Source: a virus
Lineage: Duplodnaviria > Caudoviricetes
Length of the DNA: 58,847 nucleotides
IMG/VR virus record: IMGVR_UViG_3300044796_000233
Location: 1 to 58,847 of that record
Direction: 5' to 3' (one strand)
Positions 27,313 to 34,869 of the stretch are shown here, in pieces. Within the stretch, counting starts at the first letter, position 1. Every line of letters begins with the position of its first letter. The position numbers and the translations under genes were made by a program. Below the pieces are notes generated by a model. The model did no database searches, was not told the origin of the DNA, and was given only the letters and a program-made list of their open reading frames with translations.

Positions 27313-27318
27313 GGCTCT

Positions 27319-28149
27319 ATGAATACGTGGAACCAGAGAACACACGTCGTTGGGAAAGCATACGACTTAACTCAAGATAATTTTAATGCTGTAATTAGGA
27401 CAGTAGAGGAATTATTTGTGCGACTAGCGTCCTTAGACGAACAATTGTTGTGGAGCCTCAAAAATGAAGCTCAGTACAAAAAAGAGCTTCAGAATGTGTT
27501 TGCAGAAGCCACAGCAAGTAAGAAAATGGCGCTCGAGCAGCAGGAGCGGTACCGGGTTGCGATGAATGAGAGCAAGGCACTGGTCGAGCGCCTCTCCGCT
27601 ACGCAGCGCGAGCATGCCATTTGGGAGAAGTCGTCTCTTGTGCAGCTGACCCAAGAAAACGCTCGTCTTACTGAGGAGCGTCGCGAAATGGCCAAGCAAC
27701 ACCAGGAGGACGCGAGGCTATGGCAGATTGAACGTGGGCGCCTCACCGAGTGCGCCTCAGCTGAACACGAAAGATTTAGGCAGGCTCAGCTGCGGTGGGA
27801 CGAGGAGAGAAACCACCTGCGTGAGGTGCTTAGCGACTGTGAAGCGTTTTTGGCCACCGGTTGCACCGACGGTGAATCAGAGCACGTGGACCTATGGCGG
27901 CGGGTTACTGATGCGCTGATTAGGACTAAACAGCTAAATGCTGCGTCGGTGTCAGACGCGGATGGTCGCCAAGAGAAACATGCATGTAGCCCTGACGGGC
28001 TTGCGACCAAGTCGGTAGGGTGCAATCCACACGCAGCAAGTATTGAATCGACAGAGGTTCAGTTTGGCCGCTGCTTTTGTTGCGGCGGGTGGCGCGGTGT
28101 CGTGCGTCTAGCGATGGACGATTCTGAATCGGAGTCGTCAGATGGCTAA
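27319..28149 (+). CDS. Hypothetical coiled-coil protein
   Basis: 276-aa ORF with GAGG RBS; heptad-rich. Confidence 0.7.
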   Translation: MNTWNQRTHVVGKAYDLTQDNFNAVIRTVEELFVRLASLDEQLLWSLKNEAQYKKELQNVFAEATASKKMALEQQERYRVAMNESKALVERLSATQREHAIWEKSSLVQLTQENARLTEERREMAKQHQEDARLWQIERGRLTECASAEHERFRQAQLRWDEERNHLREVLSDCEAFLATGCTDGESEHVDLWRRVTDALIRTKQLNAASVSDADGRQEKHACSPDGLATKSVGCNPHAASIESTEVQFGRCFCCGGWRGVVRLAMDDSESESSDG

Positions 28150-28456
28150 ACAGACGCTTGTCATAAAAATAACCACGCCGGATGAAGGATATGGCGACAT
28201 ACACCCTGAGCTTATCTTGGCCGACTTTATGGGCAGTCCTCACGCCTTCGAGGTGGAGATTATGGAACACTCTGAACTGGACTGCGGTGACGACTGTGCG
28301 TGGACCAGGGGCGGCCAGTGCACTTGTGGCAAACAAAAGAAACGAATTCAGTCTGAGAAGGCATGTCCTGAACCCAGTCATAAAAGCTGCGGAAACGCCC
28401 TCTGCGAGACTCACTACCCAGCGCCGAAACAGTTCCGGAAGGAGAACGTCCGATGA
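28142..28456 (+). CDS. Hypothetical Cys-rich protein
   Basis: Coupled ORF with multiple Cys/His. Confidence 0.65.
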   Translation: MAKQTLVIKITTPDEGYGDIHPELILADFMGSPHAFEVEIMEHSELDCGDDCAWTRGGQCTCGKQKKRIQSEKACPEPSHKSCGNALCETHYPAPKQFRKENVR

Positions 28457-28653
28457 TTCTATTTTGTATCGCCGGTGCCATCGCTCTAGTGGTTGGCCTG
28501 GCCATCGAAAACCCTCAGCGGTCCGGAGGAGCAACCATCGGTGCGGCCCTTTGCATTTGGCTCGCGATGGTCTTCTGGGAGTTAGCGATGGAGATCTGGC
28601 GAGTGCGCGTGGCGGAATTTAAAGGTCATACCCGGAAGGAGTTGACCAAGTGA
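28453..28653 (+). CDS. Small two-TM membrane protein
   Basis: GGAG RBS; two hydrophobic helices. Confidence 0.65.
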   Translation: MILFCIAGAIALVVGLAIENPQRSGGATIGAALCIWLAMVFWELAMEIWRVRVAEFKGHTRKELTK

Positions 28654-28868
28654 CCAAGCAAGAGAGGCAGGCCCTGAACCAAGCACGAAAGGCACTGAAG
28701 TCTGTAAAGCAGTCGTTCGAGATTCTCTTCAGCCCGAGCCATTTTCCGCTCCCGCAAGATTCAATCGCGATGGGATGTGTAAAAGGAGTCTTCGTTTGTG
28801 TTCCGAACCAAGTGAATGAAGCCCTAGCCGCAATCGCAGTACTCCCCCAGAAAGGACGTGTTGAATGA
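28650..28868 (+). CDS. Hypothetical protein
   Basis: GGAG RBS, GTGA overlap. Confidence 0.65.
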   Translation: MTKQERQALNQARKALKSVKQSFEILFSPSHFPLPQDSIAMGCVKGVFVCVPNQVNEALAAIAVLPQKGRVE

Positions 28869-29110
28869 CCAATCGCGAAAGGGCGCTGAACATCGCCGAA
28901 TGCGAGCCTACGTACCTGGAGACGTTAATAGAGAACGAACTCGACGAAGCCGAGGCTCGCGGGAGAAAGGTCGGCCTCGAAGAGGCGGCTAAAGTCTGTG
29001 AATACCCATCCCAATTCGTGGACCCACTATTTGATTCTTGGAATAGAGGGCCAGAATACGTCCGCGAGGCGATTCGAAAACTCATCCCTCTCAAAGGACG
29101 TGCTGAATGA
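28865..29110 (+). CDS. Hypothetical protein (EAEARGRK / EEAAKVCE modules)
   Basis: ATGA-coupled ORF. Confidence 0.7.
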   Translation: MTNRERALNIAECEPTYLETLIENELDEAEARGRKVGLEEAAKVCEYPSQFVDPLFDSWNRGPEYVREAIRKLIPLKGRAE

Positions 29111-29517
29111 AATTCGATTACGCGTTCGTATTACGGGATACTCATGGCGATGCTGATGCAATTCAGCGCAGAGTCGACAAAGCCCTCAACGAAGCCGAGG
29201 CGCGCGGTAGGAAGGCCGAGGGTAACAGGGCGGTCGCCATTCTTAGAAATCAGGCTAAACGCGTTAGGCCGGGCACCCTTGTGAGTTATCACATTGCGGC
29301 TGAGGTCCTTGAGATCGAACTGAAAGAGACGAGTCCTCTCGGGAGTAAGTCAAATGGGGATAGGATAGAGCCATGGATGGAAGAGGTGTGGTTTATTGAG
29401 TGTCCGAAGTGCAGGCATGTCCACGACTTGGGGACCGGGGTTTGTTTTTCCAAGGAAGAGATGATGACCTGCGACGGATGCGAATATGAGTTTACGCTTG
29501 CACCACCAACGAATTAA
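29107..29517 (+). CDS. Hypothetical protein with C-terminal zinc ribbon
   Basis: CPKC...CDGC; shares EAEARGRK with the preceding gene. Confidence 0.7.
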   Translation: MKFDYAFVLRDTHGDADAIQRRVDKALNEAEARGRKAEGNRAVAILRNQAKRVRPGTLVSYHIAAEVLEIELKETSPLGSKSNGDRIEPWMEEVWFIECPKCRHVHDLGTGVCFSKEEMMTCDGCEYEFTLAPPTN

Positions 29518-29531
29518 TACCTTTCTGGGAG

Positions 29532-29747
29532 ATGCTGATGGGCAATGTCGTTCACATGAAAATCTTTGCCGAGGTTCCTACCTTCGGGAAACTGTGGGAC
29601 GTGCTTTGTGGATTTGAGGCGTGGAATGGAATTCTCATGACTGAGGACAGCGATGAAGTGACATGCCAAGAATGCACCCGGCGAGTCAAAGAGTGGCGTT
29701 GTAAACGAAAGAGTCCTATCCGGACTGAGTCGAAGGAGAAGAAATGA
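29532..29747 (+). CDS. Hypothetical protein
   Basis: H...LCG...VTCQEC metal-binding pattern. Confidence 0.6.
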   Translation: MLMGNVVHMKIFAEVPTFGKLWDVLCGFEAWNGILMTEDSDEVTCQECTRRVKEWRCKRKSPIRTESKEKK

Positions 29748-30061
29748 AAGCCTCAGACATACCCGACAAGCTGGTCTTAGAGTACCTGGCGAAACACCAA
29801 GGTTGTTGGAGCTGTTTGTTTGGGTTGCGATTTTACCCCGGTGACAGCGTTGTTGATAGGAATCTTCCGTTCGATGAACGAGGAGAGATGATCGTACCTC
29901 CTGGTACGCCGGATAAGGTCATGCACGCCAAGATGAAATCACTCTACCGTCGCGGTCTCGTCGGCGGTTGTGATTGCGGTTGTCGAGGAGATTGGGAAAT
30001 CACGGACAAGGGTCTGGCCTTAATCGGACAGCCCAGAACGAAGGAATACAGTGGTTACTAA
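29744..30061 (+). CDS. Hypothetical phage protein
   Basis: RRGLVGGCDCGCRGDWEITDKG, winged-helix-like C-terminus. Confidence 0.7.
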   Translation: MKASDIPDKLVLEYLAKHQGCWSCLFGLRFYPGDSVVDRNLPFDERGEMIVPPGTPDKVMHAKMKSLYRRGLVGGCDCGCRGDWEITDKGLALIGQPRTKEYSGY

Positions 30062-30084
30062 TACATACCTGCTTGGAGTGAATT

Positions 30085-30360
30085 ATGAGTTTTGAGGATT
30101 GGGCAGAAAGGCAACGCGGCAGTGGCGCTCTTAGGGTCCAGTGTGGTTATGAAATGCGCGCTGCCAGGGCCGCATGGGAGGCTGCAACTGAAGCTGCCGC
30201 GAAGGAATGCGACGATAGGGCGGCGGCACCGCAAACCGTCGCAAGTCCCGCCTACAAGGCAGGAGCGCGCGATTGTGCTATTTTCATACGCGGTAGCCTG
30301 AACCGGACCTATTCATCCACGCAGCAAGTCCCTCCGCAGGGAGTGCCAAAGGATGAGTGA
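30085..30360 (+). CDS. Hypothetical protein
   Basis: GGAG RBS; FEDW...AAWEAA...AAKECD. Confidence 0.65.
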   Translation: MSFEDWAERQRGSGALRVQCGYEMRAARAAWEAATEAAAKECDDRAAAPQTVASPAYKAGARDCAIFIRGSLNRTYSSTQQVPPQGVPKDE

Positions 30361-30607
30361 ACTTGAAAAGGCCGCAGAGGAATACGCGTCCCGCATCGAT
30401 AGTATGAATCAAGCTGACTGGGAAGCTGAGCGAGCATTCCTCGCCGGCGCCGCGTGGCAACGGGAAGCGGATGCGGTCCTTTGTGAAACCCTGGCTGGAA
30501 GCTGTGCCTACGATGCGAGCACGTCGAAATATCTTGCTGAGGACATCCGTAAGTCAATCGTGGCTCGGATTACTTCTCCTCGGACTGAGCCGGAGAAGAA
30601 AAAATGA
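30353..30607 (+). CDS. Hypothetical protein
   Basis: LEKAAEEYA...AFLAGAAWQ pattern common in phage small proteins. Confidence 0.7.
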   Translation: MSELEKAAEEYASRIDSMNQADWEAERAFLAGAAWQREADAVLCETLAGSCAYDASTSKYLAEDIRKSIVARITSPRTEPEKKK

Positions 30608-30900
30608 AGTTTCAGAGTCACGTTCCAAGCAGCATTGACGTTGATCCCGCCATTCCAAAGCGAGACTTTAAAGACTTGGCCGAACTTCTAAGTGACCCAT
30701 GGATAGCTGGCTGGAACAAGGGGGAAAAAGACTTTGCCTATTACTGGTCAAAGAACGACGGTAGATGGTCTAAGGCGCGCCTTATGGCGATGTGGACAAA
30801 ACCGAACGGCAAAAAAGAGTGGTGGGTTTTAGGCTATATGGACGAAATCCCGACCGAACTCGCGGAGTGGACCTTCCCCAAAGAAAATACAGACCCATGA
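30604..30900 (+). CDS. Hypothetical Trp-rich protein
   Basis: ATGA-coupled ORF. Confidence 0.65.
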   Translation: MKFQSHVPSSIDVDPAIPKRDFKDLAELLSDPWIAGWNKGEKDFAYYWSKNDGRWSKARLMAMWTKPNGKKEWWVLGYMDEIPTELAEWTFPKENTDP

Positions 30901-30959
30901 GGACTTGCCATTTTCATTTATTTCACTGTATTCGTCTTATGGACGAGTAGGAAGAAAAT

Positions 30960-31160
30960 ATGACTGTACCTAGAGAACGTAAAAACGCCATAAGCATTAC
31001 CCGTGAGTTCCTAAGGCGCCTCCTAGACCCTAAGCTTACACCGAGGGTGCCTAAGAAAATAAGAGTTGACGCCTACTGGTGCTTGAGGCATTATCCTAGT
31101 GAGCTAGATATGGAGCAGGCTAAAGAAGATTCACCGGAGATTTGGGGGGACGAGGAATGA
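30960..31160 (+). CDS. Hypothetical phage protein
   Basis: MTVPRER...TREFL...TPRVPK.IR..A..CLRHYP pattern. Confidence 0.7.
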   Translation: MTVPRERKNAISITREFLRRLLDPKLTPRVPKKIRVDAYWCLRHYPSELDMEQAKEDSPEIWGDEE

Positions 31161-31750
31161 GCGTAGGACCGGCTATTTTGTCTTCGTTGCCAAATTGGAG
31201 ATGGCAAAGGGTCAGAATATCAGATGGTCTTACTTTCATAGAGTTTAGTAACGACCAAATTTTATGGACTGTTATTCTCACACCCGACTCAAAAAAATGT
31301 AGCAGATGTAAAGAGCAAAAATCGCTTGAGATGTTCTATAATTGCAAAAATTCTCCGAAAGGCAAGCATCACCGGTGTAAGGAATGCGCTAAAAAACTTC
31401 CTCAAACTTTTTCTCCGGATCAGTTGGAGAGAAGACGAAAAACATCCGCAGCGTGGTACAGGAAAAATAAAAATAACCTTCTACCGAAGATGCGCAGTAG
31501 TTCCTTGAAAAATAATTACGGCATAACAGATGTGGAATATGAAAAAATACTAGAGGGGCAGGGGAGAGTATGTAAAATTTGTGGTAGCGATAATCCAGGG
31601 CGTGGTAAGTATTTCTGCGTTGATCATTGCCATAAAACCGGTAAAGTAAGGGGATTACTATGTGATAATTGTAACAAAGGACTAGGACACTTTAAAGACA
31701 ATATTAGTTTCTTAGAGAGGGCTATGACATATGTCCGATCCTGTCAATAA
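31142..31750 (+). CDS. Endonuclease VII-family homing endonuclease (likely start 31157)
   Basis: CSRC, CKEC, YGIT, CKIC, VDHCHKTGKVRGLLCDNCNKGLGHF. Confidence 0.92.
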   Translation: MGGRGMSVGPAILSSLPNWRWQRVRISDGLTFIEFSNDQILWTVILTPDSKKCSRCKEQKSLEMFYNCKNSPKGKHHRCKECAKKLPQTFSPDQLERRRKTSAAWYRKNKNNLLPKMRSSSLKNNYGITDVEYEKILEGQGRVCKICGSDNPGRGKYFCVDHCHKTGKVRGLLCDNCNKGLGHFKDNISFLERAMTYVRSCQ

Positions 31751-31940
31751 ACCACCTCACTACACCAACTGTGGTATAGAAGTAATAGATTTTATTGAAG
31801 CTTGGAATTTTAATTTTAACCTAGGGTGTGCAGTAAAATACATATCAAGAGCTGGTAAAAAAGATCCTTTGAAACATATAGAGGACTTAGAAAAAGCAGC
31901 GTGGTACGTTGCTAGAGAGATAAGGAGACTGAAAAAGTGA
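31731..31940 (+). CDS. DUF3310 / T7 gp1.7-like protein
   Basis: DPVNKPPHY...IEVIDFI...KYISRAGKK...EDLEKAAWY. Confidence 0.88.
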   Translation: MSDPVNKPPHYTNCGIEVIDFIEAWNFNFNLGCAVKYISRAGKKDPLKHIEDLEKAAWYVAREIRRLKK

Positions 31941-32422
31941 ACTGCCCAATCTGCGCCAGTGAGATGGTTTTGGCACAGGCTACTGACTTTGGGGACCAGT
32001 ACCACTATTGCCGAAATTGCAAAAAAGAGCTGAGCGAAATGACGGCAGTGCAGGCACCAACTCGACACACTGTTTATGTCCAGCCGCAAGGGGTCGATCC
32101 TTTCAAAGTTACTTGTAGTTTAGATTGCATTCTTCCCTACCACAAGGCCTTATACGGACAGTCCCGCTGTGCGTGCGGGAAAATGGAATTGTCCGCCGGT
32201 GTTTGGCGGGAGAAGCTGGCGACAGAACCGGAGACTAATTTGTCGCTGTTTGGACTAACGGCTTGGCTACCACCGTCAGCGCTGGGAAAAATTTTTCCCA
32301 GGACTCATGAGTATGACCCTATGACACGCGCCTGTACGTGTGGTAGTAGAGCTCTACCAGGCATCAAACTCGATGGCACCACAGGGGTGTGGTGTCACTC
32401 GTCAGGTATTGCTATTCTTTAG
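31937..32422 (+). CDS. Hypothetical multi-zinc-ribbon protein
   Basis: CPIC, CRNC, CACG, CTCG. Confidence 0.65.
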   Translation: MNCPICASEMVLAQATDFGDQYHYCRNCKKELSEMTAVQAPTRHTVYVQPQGVDPFKVTCSLDCILPYHKALYGQSRCACGKMELSAGVWREKLATEPETNLSLFGLTAWLPPSALGKIFPRTHEYDPMTRACTCGSRALPGIKLDGTTGVWCHSSGIAIL

Positions 32423-32864
32423 AGAACAACGCCGCTTCCGCCTGCCGTCTCCGTAGCAACCCCGGTACTTCCTTACCACCGGCGTGGGACCATTTCAGAA
32501 TAGCACCGGGGACGGCGTCAAAGTTACCAGCGTTACAGCATTTCACCACGAACGAGGTCTCAAGAGCGTAGGCGCCGATGTTGTACGCGAGGCAAGTAAG
32601 GGCATCTAGCTGGTTCTGGTTAAGCTCTACCTCTAGGAACCCCTTTATACGCGTTTGGAGGGCCTCTAGGCGTCTAGAAAGGTCGTCTAAGGCTTCCTGC
32701 ATGGTCCACACCGTATCGAGCGTTATAGGGCATCCTAATGCGTCTACACCGGTAGCGCCAAAACCTATCGTAATGGGCTCTCCGCCCGTTACCGGGTCGG
32801 GATAGGCTTTAAGGCGACACCCTTCGAACTGCTTCACCAAGGATAGCAGGGTATCCGTGACCAT
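32412..32864 (-). CDS. Endolysin, GH24 lysozyme
   Basis: FEGCRLKAYPD...TIGFG, AYNIG, GLLRRRQAE. Confidence 0.93.
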   Translation of the reverse strand: MVTDTLLSLVKQFEGCRLKAYPDPVTGGEPITIGFGATGVDALGCPITLDTVWTMQEALDDLSRRLEALQTRIKGFLEVELNQNQLDALTCLAYNIGAYALETSFVVKCCNAGNFDAVPGAILKWSHAGGKEVPGLLRRRQAEAALFSKE

Positions 32865-33562
32865 TACCGACTCTTAAGGAAGCGGTGGATGTCGTTCATG
32901 GTTACGAGTCCTCCAAAGTGGCCGTCCCCGGTGCTTACAACGCCGACCAGGTCACCACTAGCGTTTACCACGGGACCGCCGCTACTACCTGGAACGATCA
33001 TGGCGCTAGTGACTTCCTCCTCGACGTCCATGATACAAGCTGCTTGGTCGCCGGCACGCAGCACGGTGTTCTTAGCGGGGAACTCTTCGCACTTAGCCAG
33101 CTGCTCCGGCGTTTCAATCATATCCACAAGTGCTTTAATGCTTTGCTTACCGATGAGAAAACCATCAGTCTCGTACGTTGGGTTGCCTGCACCGTGGGTG
33201 AACGTGCGTACGCGACTGAATCTAGGGGCAGCGTGGGCAATGTCTAACCCGGTGAGGTCTGGCACTCCTCTCAAAAGAAGCAGATCCGAAGCGGGGTCCT
33301 CTTCGATGATCTCTAGTCGATAGGTCTCACCGGACTCCGTAGTGGCGGTTATGAAGCCGCCCTCGGCTGTAGACATGCAATGAGCGGCAGTAAGAACGTA
33401 ATCCCTACCAGACGGTGCTGTCACCTGCTCACCGGTGCAGGTGTATCCGTTACCCGTAAGCTTTACAACACGGTCTCGGATGTAGGAATCACTTTTAGGA
33501 CTAAGGCTGAACACCAGGATTGCGGCGATAGCACCGATTACGGCACCGAAGAACTTATTCAT
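32864..33562 (-). CDS. Trypsin-like serine protease with N-terminal signal/anchor
   Basis: LTAAHC, DLLLL, PGSSGGPV catalytic triad. Confidence 0.9.
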   Translation of the reverse strand: MNKFFGAVIGAIAAILVFSLSPKSDSYIRDRVVKLTGNGYTCTGEQVTAPSGRDYVLTAAHCMSTAEGGFITATTESGETYRLEIIEEDPASDLLLLRGVPDLTGLDIAHAAPRFSRVRTFTHGAGNPTYETDGFLIGKQSIKALVDMIETPEQLAKCEEFPAKNTVLRAGDQAACIMDVEEEVTSAMIVPGSSGGPVVNASGDLVGVVSTGDGHFGGLVTMNDIHRFLKSR

Positions 33563-33831
33563 TTGTGACCTCTAAAAAAATTAACGATATCTACGAAACC
33601 AGTTGCCCATGCACCGAGACCGGCGAGCACGAACGCCAAGAACCCGGTGACAGCCTTACCGGCGATGGCGGTGCGTCTTAGGCTATCGACCTGTGGCTTA
33701 AGTACGGCGACGTCGTCACGTACGGCACGGTCTTCTGCGATATGGGCCGCGAGTGACACCGCGAGATCGGACAACCGCTCCAGCGTCCGGTCCTGTTTCT
33801 CCTCAATTCTCTGTAAACGTTCGTCGCTCAT
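33559..33831 (-). CDS. Coiled-coil membrane protein, holin-like
   Basis: RLQRIEEK coil plus C-terminal TM helix, upstream of the endolysin. Confidence 0.55.
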   Translation of the reverse strand: MSDERLQRIEEKQDRTLERLSDLAVSLAAHIAEDRAVRDDVAVLKPQVDSLRRTAIAGKAVTGFLAFVLAGLGAWATGFVDIVNFFRGHK

Positions 33832-34205
33832 GGGGCTTTAGCATTGATCGTAGCGTTTAACACCGCGGTAGACGAACCGCTGGACCCGTCGGTGTAGACA
33901 AGACGTACCCAACTGTACATCGCGTCAGGGATGTTCCATATATAAGAGCCGGCAGCGCTAAGAGACTGGGAGCTATTAGCGATGTCGGTCCAGTTAGTGG
34001 GCTTATTAGAACCGGTGACGTTGGTCGTGGAGTTGTAGGATGTGGCAGGGTCGCAAGATGCTTGAAGCTTGATAGTGCCTGTTGGAGTACCGGTATACAC
34101 CGCCTGGATTGAGAACCCGTAGATCTGCTGCAGGTTGTAAGGATCGGAGTTGGTGTTGGCGTTCATTACAAAAGCAGTGACAATTTGTTTATTATAGACG
34201 TGCAT
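33828..34205 (-). CDS. Small tail/fibre-associated protein, paralog of 37345..37758
   Basis: SIQAVYTGTPTGTIKLQAS...WVRLVYT...LNATINAK. Confidence 0.7.
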   Translation of the reverse strand: MHVYNKQIVTAFVMNANTNSDPYNLQQIYGFSIQAVYTGTPTGTIKLQASCDPATSYNSTTNVTGSNKPTNWTDIANSSQSLSAAGSYIWNIPDAMYSWVRLVYTDGSSGSSTAVLNATINAKAP

Positions 34206-34212
34206 AAATCTC

Positions 34213-34869
34213 CTATGGGCAGTACTTCACTAGGGGGTGGTTTGGGTCGCCGAAATAAGCCGCGAAGACGGCCTTAAGACTGCCCATGTTTTTTGCAAGA
34301 CGGTATTTGTAGATTTTTGTTGCTAGGCGTTCGATCCAACCTTGGTTCCCAGACACCTCGGTGAGCAGCCACGATAGGATCCACGGGTCTTGAGAGGTCT
34401 TGGAGCCGGAAAATGCGACGGACACCGCCCAGCAAAGGCGAAGCAGAGGGTTTGGCGTCTCTAGTGCACACCACTTGATGTGGGCCATGAAGGCTGGGAA
34501 ACGGAAGAAAGCAGGCTCCCACCATTTAGCATCTTTGGAAGTCTTAAAGTACCAGTGACTACTTTCTGCATAGGAATGTATGTTTATAGCATAAACCGTG
34601 CTCCAAGCCGCTAGCCCGTAATAATCATCCGGCGCTTCCTGGTCCTGCATCCAGCCTGGGCGCCCGTAGAGACCGTCGTAGATGCGGGAGTGGTTGCTCA
34701 CCGCGGTCTTTAGCGCTAGTTCATCGTCTGCGGTCCAAGCACCGAGCTTTTTGCGCATGATCGCTGCTTCGCAGGAAAACAAAAGATCGTTACCGGTAGA
34801 TCCACCGGGTTTGTTGGAGATGAAGCCAAGAGCGTTGGTGTATTCTTTGAAGTCGGATTGGATGGTCAT
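34213..34869 (-). CDS. Hypothetical all-helical protein
   Basis: 218-aa Trp/aromatic-rich ORF coupled to the tail fibre. Confidence 0.7.
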   Translation of the reverse strand: MTIQSDFKEYTNALGFISNKPGGSTGNDLLFSCEAAIMRKKLGAWTADDELALKTAVSNHSRIYDGLYGRPGWMQDQEAPDDYYGLAAWSTVYAINIHSYAESSHWYFKTSKDAKWWEPAFFRFPAFMAHIKWCALETPNPLLRLCWAVSVAFSGSKTSQDPWILSWLLTEVSGNQGWIERLATKIYKYRLAKNMGSLKAVFAAYFGDPNHPLVKYCP

